A program made the position numbers and the translations under genes. From the NCBI GenBank assembly GCA_963767925.1, contig CAVYGB010000002.1, forward strand, positions 96,001-160,000: a stretch of DNA of 64,000 nucleotides, in the 5' to 3' direction. The number at the start of each line of letters is the position of its first letter. The stretch's first letter is position 1. The stretch comes from an uncultured delta proteobacterium. GTDB lineage: Bacteria; Myxococcota_A; Polyangia; Fen-1088. Below, one piece after another: positions 1-10,043 of the stretch. The notes beneath the pieces are model-generated. The model was not told the DNA's origin, ran no database searches, and was given only the letters and a program-made list of their open reading frames with translations.

Positions 1-636
1 GGAAGGCGAATCGGGCGCCGCCGTCCCATCATCGAGCACGGTCAGGCTCAGCCGCAGGCGCACGGACAGCGGGCCCTCGGCCACCGGCAAGGTGACCCGA
101 CCGGCGTCGGGGACGCGCCCGGCCGCGCCCAGGTAGCGCGGCGCCGCCGCCGTGGGGAAGCGCCACTCCCAGGCGCCCTCCTCCAGCCAGCGCAGCGGCT
201 GGTCGAGGGTCAACACCGCCACCACCTCGGCGCCGGGCGGGATGTTGCCGATCTCCTGCGAGAACAGGCTGGAGCGCTCCTGCTCGACAAGCCCGGCCGT
301 GTGGCCGTCGATCAGCGCCTGCTCGAACCGTTCGCGCGCCGCCTGCCGGCGGTCGATCTCGCCGACGACGCGGCGGTCGCCGATGGTGAAGGCGTACCCG
401 CCCACCGCCGCGTCGGCCGGAAGCGGGAAGCAATAGGTCACGGTCAGCGGCACGTCGGCCAGGTTGCGGAACCGCTGCTCGAGGACGACCTCGGCCAGCC
501 CGCCGCGCGCGGTGGCGACGAGCGTCGCGCCGGTGAGGGGCAAGGTGCGGCCATCGGTGCTGACCAGCGTGCCACCGGTCGGGTCGTGGGGAGCGGAAGG
601 GACAGGGACGGGCATCATCGGCGGGACCTCCATCAT
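1..636 (-). CDS. VIT (vault/inter-alpha-trypsin) domain protein, N-terminal part; runs off the window start
   Basis: Open frame not in the ORF track: MMEVPP...LPLTGATLVATARGGLAEVVLEQRFRN...VTYCFPLPADAAVGGYAFTIGDRRVVGEI...ARERFEQALIDGHTAGLVEQERSSLFSQEIGNIPPG, the typical VIT pattern. Confidence 0.85.
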   Translation of the reverse strand, partial: MMEVPPMMPVPVPSAPHDPTGGTLVSTDGRTLPLTGATLVATARGGLAEVVLEQRFRNLADVPLTVTYCFPLPADAAVGGYAFTIGDRRVVGEIDRRQAARERFEQALIDGHTAGLVEQERSSLFSQEIGNIPPGAEVVAVLTLDQPLRWLEEGAWEWRFPTAAAPRYLGAAGRVPDAGRVTLPVAEGPLSVRLRLSLTVLDDGTAAPDSPS

Positions 637-831
637 GGGGTTTCAGCCGACCAACGCGAAGGGGGCGCCGCTGCTGACAAGAAAAATCAGGGAGGGGGTA
701 AGTGGCGGCGGACACTGGCCTTTCGGCGCCGCCCAGCGGACGGGATCGGCTCGACGGGCAAGGCGCCCTGGCCCCCACCCGGGCGGCGAGACGCCGCGCG
801 CAGGCGCGGCCCGGTCGGGCCACTACCGTGC

Positions 832-1488
832 ATGAACATTCGCTGGTGCTTGCCCATCGCCCTCACCTCCACCCTGGCCTGCGCCTCCCGGCAGGCGGCC
901 CCCGTCGAGAACGCCAGCGGGGCGCCGACCGCCGTCGCCGGTGAGCTCGACGGCGCCTACCTCGAGCCGACCTGCACGGACACCCCGAAAAATGGCTTCT
1001 GCCACCACAGCGGCGTGATGGAGCAGAAGGTGCGGTTCGGCGGCGAGGCGGGAAAGGCGTACGACGTCACCCTCAATGTCTGGTCGATCCACGAGGGGAT
1101 CCGCTACGAAGGCGGACAGCCCGAAGGCGATCACTTCTACGTCGGCGGCGCCGGCGTCACCCCCCGCTATTCGCCCTGCGCCCTCAAGGTGGGCGAGCAG
1201 AACTACTTCCTGAACCGCAAGGAGGACCGGGCCAACGACAAGGTGTACAAGTTCGAATACGGCACCCCCGCCATCCGCATCCCCGGGCAGGCCGAGCTGT
1301 TGCTCTATTGTGTCGACGACGCAAACAAGCACATCTCGATCAACCACCCGCCCCCCCTCCTGAAGCCGGAGAACGGCAGCCACGTCTTCGCCAACCCGCC
1401 CGAGCGGCTGAAGACCCGCCTCGGCGCCCAGCCCTTCGGCAACCTCTTCATCTATCTGGAAGTGGCCAGCGCGCGGGCGGTCGACTGA
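832..1488 (+). CDS. hypothetical lipoprotein
   Basis: ATG 832; signal peptide with lipobox-like TLAC; GC3-biased codons. Confidence 0.7.
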   Translation: MNIRWCLPIALTSTLACASRQAAPVENASGAPTAVAGELDGAYLEPTCTDTPKNGFCHHSGVMEQKVRFGGEAGKAYDVTLNVWSIHEGIRYEGGQPEGDHFYVGGAGVTPRYSPCALKVGEQNYFLNRKEDRANDKVYKFEYGTPAIRIPGQAELLLYCVDDANKHISINHPPPLLKPENGSHVFANPPERLKTRLGAQPFGNLFIYLEVASARAVD

Positions 1489-1539
1489 TCCCGACAATCC
1501 GGTAGCCGCCCGGGCGGGGCCTGCTATACGGCCTGCAAG

Positions 1540-3201
1540 ATGCCCGACGTCTACCTGAACCGCCGCGAGCAGATGTTCCCGCGCCTGACCCCCGCCCAGA
1601 TCGAACGGCTCGGCGGATGTGGGCAGGCGCGGCGGGTCGCCGCCGGCGAGGTCCTCTTCGATTCGGGCGACCAGAACACCGAGTTCTTCGTGGTCCTGCA
1701 GGGCGCGATCGAGCTGCTGCGGCCGGCGATGGCCCACGACGAACGCATCGTCACCCTCGGCCCGGGCGAGTTCACCGGCGAGATCAACATGCTGTCGGGC
1801 CGCCGCAGCCTGGTGCAGGCCCGGGTGGCGGAGGAGGGATCGATCTTCGTCCTCGAGCGCGAGGGCTTGCTGGCGCTGGTCCAGAAGGACTCGGAGCTCA
1901 GCGAGATCCTGATGCGGGCCTTCATCCTGCGGCGGATGGCCCTGATCAGCAACTCCGGCAGCGACCTGGTCCTGATCGGATCCAGCCACTCGCTGGCCAC
2001 CCTGGATCTCAAGGCGTTCCTGACCCGCAACGGCCAGCCCTTCACCTACCAGGACGTCGAGAGCGACCCCAGCGTGCAGGCCCTGCTCGATCGGTTCCAG
2101 GTGGGGATCGCCGAGATCCCCGTCATCTTGTGCCGGGGCGGACACCTCCTGCGCAACCCCTCGGTCGAGGCGCTGGCCCCGCTGCTGGGGTTGAACCGGG
2201 ACATCGACGCCACCGCCACCCGCGACGTCGTCATCGTGGGGGCCGGCCCGGCCGGGCTGGCCGCCGCCGTCTACGCCGCCTCGGAGGGGCTGAACGTGCT
2301 GGTGCTGGAGACCACCGCCCCCGGCGGCCAGGCCGGGACCAGCTCGCGCATCGAGAACTACCTCGGCTTTCCCACCGGCATCTCCGGCCAGGCGCTGGCC
2401 GGACGCGCCTTCACCCAGGCCGAGAAGTTCGGGGCCGAGGTGGCGATCGGCCGCCGGGCGGTGCGCCTGCATTGCGAGGCGCGGCCCTATCGGGTGGAGC
2501 TGTCGAGCGGCGAGATGGTGCAGGCACGCACCGTGGTGATCGCCGCCGGCGCCCAGTACCGTCGCCCCGCCCTGAGCGAGCTCCAGCGCCTCGAGGGCGC
2601 GGGCGTGTTCTACTGCGCCACCCACGTCGAGGCGCAGATGTGCGCCGGCGAGGCGGTGGCGGTGGTGGGCGGCGGCAACTCCGCCGGGCAGGCGGCGGTG
2701 TTCCTGTCGCAGATCGCCGCCCACGTCGACCTGCTGGTGCGGGGCCCGGGCCTGGCCGACAGCATGTCGCGGTACCTCATCAGCCGCATCGAGAGCAGCC
2801 CGAAGATCACCCTGTGGACGCGCACCGAGATCGAGGGCGCCGAGGGCGGCGACCGGCTGGAGGCCCTGCGCTGGCGCAGGCTGGACGGCGCCGAGGTGGT
2901 CAGCCGACCGGTCCGGCACCTCTTCCTGATGACCGGCGCCGATCCCAACACGCGCTGGCTGGAAGGCTGCCTGGTCCTCGACGACAAGGGGTTCATCAAG
3001 GCCGGCGCCGACCTGCGCCCCGACGAGCTGCCCGCCCCCCGCTGGCCCATCGGCCGCACCCCGTCGCTGATGGAGACCAGCCTGCCCGGCGTTTTCGCCG
3101 TCGGCGACGTCCGCTCCGGCAGCGTCAAACGCGTCGCCTCCGCCGTCGGCGAAGGCTCCATCTGCGTCCAGCTCATCCACCGCGCCCTGCGCGACCAGTA
3201 A
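1540..3201 (+). CDS. cNMP-binding domain / thioredoxin reductase-like FAD-dependent oxidoreductase fusion
   Basis: N-terminal cNMP domain (LGPGEFTGEI); GAGPAG FAD motif; GGGNSAG NADPH motif; TSLPGVFAVGDV; redox site reads CATH, not CxxC. Confidence 0.9.
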   Translation: MPDVYLNRREQMFPRLTPAQIERLGGCGQARRVAAGEVLFDSGDQNTEFFVVLQGAIELLRPAMAHDERIVTLGPGEFTGEINMLSGRRSLVQARVAEEGSIFVLEREGLLALVQKDSELSEILMRAFILRRMALISNSGSDLVLIGSSHSLATLDLKAFLTRNGQPFTYQDVESDPSVQALLDRFQVGIAEIPVILCRGGHLLRNPSVEALAPLLGLNRDIDATATRDVVIVGAGPAGLAAAVYAASEGLNVLVLETTAPGGQAGTSSRIENYLGFPTGISGQALAGRAFTQAEKFGAEVAIGRRAVRLHCEARPYRVELSSGEMVQARTVVIAAGAQYRRPALSELQRLEGAGVFYCATHVEAQMCAGEAVAVVGGGNSAGQAAVFLSQIAAHVDLLVRGPGLADSMSRYLISRIESSPKITLWTRTEIEGAEGGDRLEALRWRRLDGAEVVSRPVRHLFLMTGADPNTRWLEGCLVLDDKGFIKAGADLRPDELPAPRWPIGRTPSLMETSLPGVFAVGDVRSGSVKRVASAVGEGSICVQLIHRALRDQ

Positions 3202-3681
3202 CGTCTGCGCGCCGGGTGAGGGTGGTCGGCGTGGCGCCCGCCCCTCACCCTTCACCTCTCCCCACCGCGCAGACGCCGCGGGCAAGGGCAATCGGGCAGC
3301 GGGTAACGCCAGGAGCTCGGGCTACGGGAGCCCCTGCGGCTGGGTGCGTGCTGCCCGGTGCGGGTGGGTGTTACCTGCCCCTCGCAACACTGTTGCGCCG
3401 ATCGGGGTGGGGGGCGCTGATCCGCAGCGGCGGCGGCCGCAGCCGGACAGCGGGGGGCGGCGGGTGCGCGGGGCGAATGCAGGTGCTGGAATCAACGGCG
3501 GGTTTCGCGCGCGGGTCGAGGCGGGGGGCTGCTTGCTGAGCGGCGCAACCGACCTCGCCGCAGGCTGCGGCCTGGGGCGCGCGGGGCGGCGGACCCACTG
3601 CCTTCCCTGTGCGCGCACCTGCCGATGGCGGGATCACGTGCGTGTGGGGAGGTGGTCCCTTGCTTGCACTGGATCCTCTGT

Positions 3682-4251
3682 ATGATGAATCAGCGGAAGC
3701 GGGACGCGGGGTTCTCGGTGTCGGGCGTGATGGGTGTCGTCAGCCTCCTCGGCGCCACCGCCATGGTCGTCGCCCCCGGCAAGGACCAGAGCAGCGCCCA
3801 GCCCGCCGGCGGCTTCGCCGACCAGGTCACCGCCGAGCTGCAGCGCGCACGCGCCGAGGCCATCACCTCCCGCGTCCCCCAGCACGCCTTCGTCTACTCC
3901 AACCGCGTCGAGATCCGCGCCGCCCGCCCCGGCGCCCGCCCCGGCACCTGGATCGCCCCCTCCGCTGCCCAGCCCGCCCTCCGCACCGTCCTCGCCCGGC
4001 CCGGCATCATCACCTTCGACGTCACCAACCGCCCCGGCCTCCCCTCCTTCGTCCTCTCCCCCACCCTCGCCAAGGAGATCGTCTTCAACGCCGCCGGCAA
4101 CGGCACCGTCGCCCACCTCGCCCCCTCTCGCGCCTCGGTCCACCTCTTCATCAGCCAGGACCACCTCCGCTCCGACCACCCCGACCGCGCCCTCCGCATC
4201 GACATCGCCCCCACCTCCGGCTCCGTCTCCCTCAACCACTTCTGGCAGTAA
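3682..4251 (+). CDS. pseudopilin/FimT-GspH-like protein
   Basis: Basic leader then G|F (RKRDAG-FSVSGVMGVVSLLG); ELQRARAEAITSR helix; IVFNAAG near the C-terminus. Confidence 0.55.
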   Translation: MMNQRKRDAGFSVSGVMGVVSLLGATAMVVAPGKDQSSAQPAGGFADQVTAELQRARAEAITSRVPQHAFVYSNRVEIRAARPGARPGTWIAPSAAQPALRTVLARPGIITFDVTNRPGLPSFVLSPTLAKEIVFNAAGNGTVAHLAPSRASVHLFISQDHLRSDHPDRALRIDIAPTSGSVSLNHFWQ

Positions 4252-4557
4252 CCGCCCCCTCCCCTTCCCCGCCCGCTCCCTTCGCTGTTCGCTTCCCTTC
4301 CCCTTCGCTGTCCTCCCCCCTTCGCTCCGTCTCCCCTGCCCGAAGTTCTTGGCTCCATTTGAGGGCTCACGCATCCGCAGGGGGGCCTCGCCGCGCGGGG
4401 GCGTGCCGCGCGCGTCCCCCTGCCCGGCAACACGCGCGCGGTGGGCCGCTGGCGGGCCCCGTCCTCCCGCTTCCCGGGCGCGCCGAATGCCGCGGTGGCG
4501 CGGTCGGAGCCCGAAGGTGCGGTAGACTACGGCCTGTATGGAGAGGAGACACCTCGG

Positions 4558-5313
4558 ATGACACGCGCGCGCAGGTCATTCCGGCACCCGTCCCTGGTGG
4601 TTGCGTTCTGGATGCTCGGGTCGTGCAGCGGCCGCACCCCGCCGATGGAGCCGCCGACCGGAGAGGGCGGCGCCGGCGGCGAGCCGGCCCCCACCGGGGA
4701 GGGTGGCGCCGGCGGACAGGTCAGCGATGCCTCCAGCGTGTTCTTCGTCGACCGGCCGCCCGACCTGTCGCCCGACCGGCCACCCGACGTCCCGCCCACG
4801 CCGCGCGACGCGGCCCCCCCGAGCGACGGACCGCCCCCCCTGGAGCCGGGCGTCGTCCTGGCGACCTCCTGCTTCCAGATCCCCTGCCAGGGGCTCTTCG
4901 TGGCGGCCGCGGCGTGCATGGGCGACGACCAGATGTGCCAGTCCCAGTCGGTGACCGAGGGGCTCGAGGGGGAGGTGGTGCGCACCAACTACTGCCTCGC
5001 CAACGGAGTGAAGAAACACGCGGTCAGCACCTCGACCGAGCTGGAATACAAGACCACCATGCGCGTGACCGACGCGAGCGGCCGCCACTGCTACACCCTC
5101 GAGGTCGTCGGCGCCGACAGCAACGACCTCGAGACGCTGACCTGGCGATCGCCGGCTGGCTTTTCCCTGCTCAGCGGCACCTGGAGCAAGAGCGGCGATC
5201 GCATGCTCCTGGCCTGCAACGGCGTGAAGTACGACGTGCGCGACCTCGGCTGCCCCGGCCTGGAAGGCGAGCCCGGCACCACGAGCTGCCCCCCCGGCCT
5301 CTGCCCCGATTGA
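4558..5313 (+). CDS. Cys-rich hypothetical lipoprotein
   Basis: Lipobox-like LGSC, Pro-rich linker, Cys-rich C-terminal domain; AG-rich RBS upstream. Confidence 0.65.
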   Translation: MTRARRSFRHPSLVVAFWMLGSCSGRTPPMEPPTGEGGAGGEPAPTGEGGAGGQVSDASSVFFVDRPPDLSPDRPPDVPPTPRDAAPPSDGPPPLEPGVVLATSCFQIPCQGLFVAAAACMGDDQMCQSQSVTEGLEGEVVRTNYCLANGVKKHAVSTSTELEYKTTMRVTDASGRHCYTLEVVGADSNDLETLTWRSPAGFSLLSGTWSKSGDRMLLACNGVKYDVRDLGCPGLEGEPGTTSCPPGLCPD

Positions 5314-5437
5314 GCCGCTCGCCGGGGCCTGACTGGGCCGCCACTGCACGACCCGCCCGCGGCACCGTTCGCCCGGCCTCCCCTGTCGGGGCCCTCAAGG
5401 TGACCGCGCGAAGCCCCGATGTCGCGCTCGACGGCGC

Positions 5438-6220
5438 ATGGCACAGCGGTTGAGCGACTGTTACGACGAGGCGGAGGCGCTGGCGGGGCTGCGGGGCAAA
5501 GTGCGCCTGGCGGTGCTGACCGGCATGTCCTCCACCGAGGCGGTCAGCGCCCCCGACGCCGCCGCGATCCTGCTCCGGTTCGAGGAGGCCCTGGCCACCG
5601 TCAAGCGGGAGCTGGCCGCCCCGCCCGGAGGCCGCTCGCCCCCGCCCGAGGTCGGACACCCCGAGCCGCGCGACACCGCTCCGGCCGAGCTGCGCCGGCG
5701 CACGGCTCTGCTCGTCGATCTGATGTCCCAGCGCCAGCTCTACTTCCCCGACGTCGCCCGGACCACCGCCCGCGTCACCGAAGTCGCCGCCGCCGGGCTC
5801 GAGGTGGCCCGGGTCAGCGTGTGGCGCTTCGAGCGGGCAGCACCGAAGGTGATGGGCCTGCGCTGCGTGGACCTGTTCGAGCGCGCCACCGCCCTGCACA
5901 CCTCCGGCGCCGTCCTGCGCGCCGACGCCTTCCCGGACTACTTCGCCGCCATCGAGACCCAGCGGACCATCGCCGCCCACGACGCCCACCGCGACCCCCG
6001 CACCGCCGGCTTCTCGATCCCCTACCTCACCCCCCTCGGCATCAACTCGATGCTCGACGTCCCCATCTGGGCCGGGAACAAGATGATCGGCGTCGTCTGC
6101 CACGAGCACACCGGCCCCGCCCGCATCTGGTCGCAGGACGACGAGGACTTCGCCTACCTCACCTCCGCCTTCGTCGCCCTCGCCACCGAGTCTTCCCCCC
6201 ACCCCGCCGCCCCCGCCTAG
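5438..6220 (+). CDS. GAF domain protein
   Basis: YLTPLGINSMLDVPI...IGVVCHEHTGPARIWSQDDEDFA is a classic GAF segment. Confidence 0.85.
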   Translation: MAQRLSDCYDEAEALAGLRGKVRLAVLTGMSSTEAVSAPDAAAILLRFEEALATVKRELAAPPGGRSPPPEVGHPEPRDTAPAELRRRTALLVDLMSQRQLYFPDVARTTARVTEVAAAGLEVARVSVWRFERAAPKVMGLRCVDLFERATALHTSGAVLRADAFPDYFAAIETQRTIAAHDAHRDPRTAGFSIPYLTPLGINSMLDVPIWAGNKMIGVVCHEHTGPARIWSQDDEDFAYLTSAFVALATESSPHPAAPA

Positions 6221-6227
6221 AGGCGGT

Positions 6228-6300
6228 GCCAAGGAATGTTTTCGAAGGAGGCGGGTCCCCTCGCTTCGCTCGGGCCCGACTAGTCCCCTGGAAAGGTGAA
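6228..6300 (+). repeat. dispersed REP/MITE-like element, copy 1
   Basis: gccaaggaatgttttcgaaggaggcgggtcccctcgcttcgctcgggcccgact closely matches the reverse complement of 16330-16402. Confidence 0.7.
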
Positions 6301-6460
6301 GGCTTGCCTATGTCGGCGAGGCATCTTCGTTCCTGGCAAGGCGCGAGGAGGGCGAATACCCGGCGTATTTAACCGACGAGCAACGCAGCCAGGGACGAAG
6401 GGCTACCGCTTCCACTGAAGCGGATGCCACGGCCTCCCCGGGCTTGCGCCCGATAGCCCA

Positions 6461-7909
6461 TCAGGGCCAGAAGCGAGCGCCGCCCGCCAGCGCCGCGATC
6501 ACCGCCGCGCAGGCCAGGCTGGCCCGATCGGTGAGCGCGAACTTCACCGGATCGTCCTGGAGCTGCCCCCGGTGGGCCAGGAACCAGATGCGGCTGATCC
6601 AGTAGAGCAGCACCGGGCAGATGAACCAGAGCAGCCCCGGCGTCCGGTAGTTGAGCGCGCCCGCGTCCCCCTCCACGTACAGACAGAAGACCAGCACGGC
6701 GAGGTACCCGGCCGCCGGCCCCATCGAGGCGACCATCTCGAGGTCGCCGGTGTGATAGCCGCGGCTGTGCAGCTTGCCCCCCTTGTCCATCGACTGCCGG
6801 AGCTCGACGTAGCGCTTGGCGAAGGCCAGGCTGAGGAAGATGAACATCGAGAAGGCCAGCAGCCAGGCGCTGATGTTGATCGAGGTGGCGATGCCGCCGG
6901 CCAGGACCCGGTGGGTGTACAGCCAGGCCAGCACCACCACGTCGACCATCAGCAGGCTCTTCCAGCGAAACGAATAGGCCAAGGTGGCGAAGAAATACAC
7001 CCCCAGCATCCCCAGGAAACCCAGGGGCAACGTCAGGAACGCCAGCAGCGCGCTGGCCACGACGAGCGCCAGGAAGAGCGGCGGCCCGTACACGACCGGC
7101 AGCGCCCCCGAGGCGAAGGGGCGCCGGCGCTTGCTGCGGTGGGCGCGGTCGGCGTCGACGTCCATCAGGTCGTTGAGCACGTAGCCCGCCGAGGCGCACA
7201 GGCTGAACGCCAGGGCGGCCACCGCCCCCAGCAAGATGTGGCGGAGCGAGGGCAGGCCCGGCGCGACGAGCACCGGCACCAGCACGAGGGCGTTCTTGGC
7301 CCACTGGTGCGGGCGGATGGCCTTGATCAGCGCCCGCAGCCGGGCGGGCCGCCGCGACAGGACGGCGGCCTTCTCACCCTGGGCGCGGGCCCGGCGCGCG
7401 GCCGTGCCGCTGGCGTCGACAAGGTAACCCCGGCTGGCGGCGGCCAGGACCGGCGGCAAGGTGTCGCCGTTTCCGAGGTAATCGAAGCCGCCCGGCCCGA
7501 AGTGGGCCGGCAGCCGATCGCTCTCGATGGTCAGCACCTCGTCGAACAGTCCGAGGTGCTCGGCCACCGCCTTGCCCAGGTCACCCTCCGGGCCGGCCCA
7601 CAGCACGATCCGGCGGCCCCGGGCCTGCGTCTCCCGCAGGTGATCGACCAGCTCGTGCCGGTAGGGCAAGGTCGCGGGGTCGATCGACCGCCGCCCCTCC
7701 AGGATGCGCCGCAGGCGCGCCCGCCCGCCCAGCAGCCACAGCGGGAAGAGCAGCAGCATCCAGGGCCGCCGGCGGATGAGCTGCAGGGCGCTCTCCCAGA
7801 GCGGGTCGGCGCGCAGCAGCCCCCCCTCGAGGGCCACGCACAGCGGCCGCCCGAGCGCCTGATCCTCGGTGAGCTCGGCCAGCGACGACGACAGCTCGCC
7901 CGCTCTCAC
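6461..7909 (-). CDS. UbiA-family prenyltransferase (decaprenyl-phosphate phosphoribosyltransferase-like) with N-terminal HAD-like domain
   Basis: RPHQWAKN, YVLNDLMDVDADRAHRSKRRRPFASG, DDPVKFALTD; the HAD motif is degenerate (VALEG). Confidence 0.9.
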   Translation of the reverse strand: MRAGELSSSLAELTEDQALGRPLCVALEGGLLRADPLWESALQLIRRRPWMLLLFPLWLLGGRARLRRILEGRRSIDPATLPYRHELVDHLRETQARGRRIVLWAGPEGDLGKAVAEHLGLFDEVLTIESDRLPAHFGPGGFDYLGNGDTLPPVLAAASRGYLVDASGTAARRARAQGEKAAVLSRRPARLRALIKAIRPHQWAKNALVLVPVLVAPGLPSLRHILLGAVAALAFSLCASAGYVLNDLMDVDADRAHRSKRRRPFASGALPVVYGPPLFLALVVASALLAFLTLPLGFLGMLGVYFFATLAYSFRWKSLLMVDVVVLAWLYTHRVLAGGIATSINISAWLLAFSMFIFLSLAFAKRYVELRQSMDKGGKLHSRGYHTGDLEMVASMGPAAGYLAVLVFCLYVEGDAGALNYRTPGLLWFICPVLLYWISRIWFLAHRGQLQDDPVKFALTDRASLACAAVIAALAGGARFWP

Positions 7910-8035
7910 GGTCGCACCGGCCTGCCGCCCAGCCTCGGGTCTGCCCTCATGAGGCGACAGCCTACGAACCCCGGGGCCGGGTCGTCGCGGATAAAGTGCG
8001 CGAGAGCGACAAAAGTGGGCCCGGGAGCCCCCCTT

Positions 8036-9076
8036 TCACCCGCCGAGGGGCTCGCGGCGATAGCGCAACGCCATGTAGTCGCGCCAGGCGGCGTCGGGGG
8101 CGTTGGCCAGCAAGGCCGAGAGCAGCTCTTCGGTGCGCACGCCGCGAAAGCGCCCGTCGGGGACCAGCGCCCCCCAGACCCGGTGCAAGCTGCTCCCCAG
8201 GCTGCGCATCCCGGGGCTGGTGATGCGCTTGCAGAGGGCCTCGTTGGCCGCGGGCGCCATGTGGAGCGTCGACACGATGTTCGCCCCCATCTCGTGCTCG
8301 CGCTCCATCGCCGACGCCAGGAGCTGCAGCCGCATCATGTGATCGAAGGGGTCGACGAGCAGGTGGTCGAAGCCCAGCCCCCCGAGGCGGAGCTGGCAGC
8401 CCGCCGCCTTCAGCGCCGGCCCGTACGTATCCAGCCAGGCGCTGCCCCGGGCGCTGGTCGGCGCCCCCTTGCTGACCGGATAGACCTCGGTGTACTTCCA
8501 GTCGCCGAGCACGACGTGCACGCGCCCCCGGTCGTCGCGGAACCGGACGATCAGGTCGGCGCTGGTGACGTTCTTGCCCCGGGTCCGGTCGCAGTCGACC
8601 AGCGGGCGCCCGCCGGGCCCCTCGCCCAGGTAGTTGCGCTTGCCGATCCACTCGAACCCCACGAACGGCTGCGTGCCGTCGGGGAGCGTCTCGTCCAGCG
8701 TGACGGGCAACATCTCCGCCGCCTCGTAGCCGATGGCCCGCAACACCGCCACCAGCCCCTCGGGCTCGCGCACGAAGGGAAACCAGGCGTTCACGCAGGC
8801 GCTCTGCGAGCAACACAGGTGGTTGCTGGGCCCGCGCTTGGTCCCCGAGTCGATCTCCCCATCGATCCCGTCGTGCCAGGCAATGCGCCGCTCGCCAAAG
8901 TAGGTCAGCGCCTCCCGCCGGATCCCCTGCCACAGGTTCTCCGAAGACCGCCCCACCGCGAGCGCAAACTCGCGCGGCACGCCGCCGTACAGCCCCGGCG
9001 TGCAGGCCTCGGGCGAAAACAGCTTCGCCTTCAGCGACCCCTGACGTTCCTGCTCCTCATCCCGAAATCGAGACAT
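8036..9076 (-). CDS. PD-(D/E)xK putative restriction endonuclease-like protein (PGN_0703-like)
   Basis: NHLCCSQSACVN, RTRGKNVTSAD..., DWKYTE, DHMMRLQLLA. Confidence 0.65.
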   Translation of the reverse strand: MSRFRDEEQERQGSLKAKLFSPEACTPGLYGGVPREFALAVGRSSENLWQGIRREALTYFGERRIAWHDGIDGEIDSGTKRGPSNHLCCSQSACVNAWFPFVREPEGLVAVLRAIGYEAAEMLPVTLDETLPDGTQPFVGFEWIGKRNYLGEGPGGRPLVDCDRTRGKNVTSADLIVRFRDDRGRVHVVLGDWKYTEVYPVSKGAPTSARGSAWLDTYGPALKAAGCQLRLGGLGFDHLLVDPFDHMMRLQLLASAMEREHEMGANIVSTLHMAPAANEALCKRITSPGMRSLGSSLHRVWGALVPDGRFRGVRTEELLSALLANAPDAAWRDYMALRYRREPLGG

Positions 9077-9443
9077 GGGGCAACCTCCGACGATGGCCAG
9101 CGCTCACGCGCGGTGAACATCGACAGATCACCCCCCCGGACCGAGCCGCTCGCCACCAGCGTCAGGGCGAGGAGCCCCGGTTGCGGCCGACGCCACGTCC
9201 GTGGCCTTCACGACGAGCACGCTGCCGGATGCTGCGGCCCGAACGCGGGTGACGCGAAACGGGATCGTGGGCGGCCGAGGGCGCGCTGGAGGCCGAGAGA
9301 GACCCTCGAACGCCCTGGTGCGTCAGAGGTGCTCCCTGAAGAAACTCAGAGATTCCAACTGGTTAGCGTCGCGATTCTTTTCGCGATGGTTAGTCGATCC
9401 GTCCGAGGTGCGTTCGTCGCCAGAGTGAAAGGACGAACCGAAC

Positions 9444-10013
9444 ATGCGCAACATCATCGCTCTCGCTCACATCTCTCTCGACGGCTTCATGACGGATGCC
9501 GGTGGCAACATGGACTTCCTCGTCTTCAACGACGAGCTGGCCGACCACACCTATCCGCTCATCAACACCGTCGACCTCGCGGTCTATGGACGGGTCACCT
9601 ACGCCCTGATGGAGGGCTACTGGCCCACCGCCGGCGACGCGCCCGATGCCGGCGCGCACACGAAGAGCCACGCGCGCTGGTATAGCGGCGTGAAGAAGAT
9701 CGTCGCCTCTCGCACGCTGGCGGCGCCGAAGAACCCGAACGTGCGCGTAATCGGCGATGCCGTCGTCAGCGCGCTGCGGGCCGAGAAGCAGAAGGAAGGT
9801 GGCGACATCATGATCTTCGGCAGCCCGACCCTCACGCGCGCGCTCGGGGCGGCGGATCTCGTCGACGAGTGGCGGCTCACGCTGCAGCCGGTGCTCACCG
9901 GCGGCGGATCGTCGCTGTTCGGGACACGCGAGGAGCCCGCGCGGCTCGAGCTGCGCTCGTCGAAGACGTTCGGCACGGGTGTCATCGCGCTTCACTACGT
10001 GACCAAGCGCTGA
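9444..10013 (+). CDS. dihydrofolate reductase-like / RibD C-terminal domain protein
   Basis: ISLDGF, GRVTY, GGDIMIFGSPTL, DLVDEWRL...PVLTGGG. Confidence 0.9.
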   Translation: MRNIIALAHISLDGFMTDAGGNMDFLVFNDELADHTYPLINTVDLAVYGRVTYALMEGYWPTAGDAPDAGAHTKSHARWYSGVKKIVASRTLAAPKNPNVRVIGDAVVSALRAEKQKEGGDIMIFGSPTLTRALGAADLVDEWRLTLQPVLTGGGSSLFGTREEPARLELRSSKTFGTGVIALHYVTKR

Positions 10014-10043
10014 CCCGAGTATGCTCGCCACCGGAGGCACGGC

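Noticed and set aside
6572..9685. 1037-aa plus-strand ORF and similar long shadow ORFs (823..3291, 19281..21032, 49698..52730)
   Set aside because: Antisense or off-frame shadows of real genes in high-GC DNA, with no recognisable motifs.
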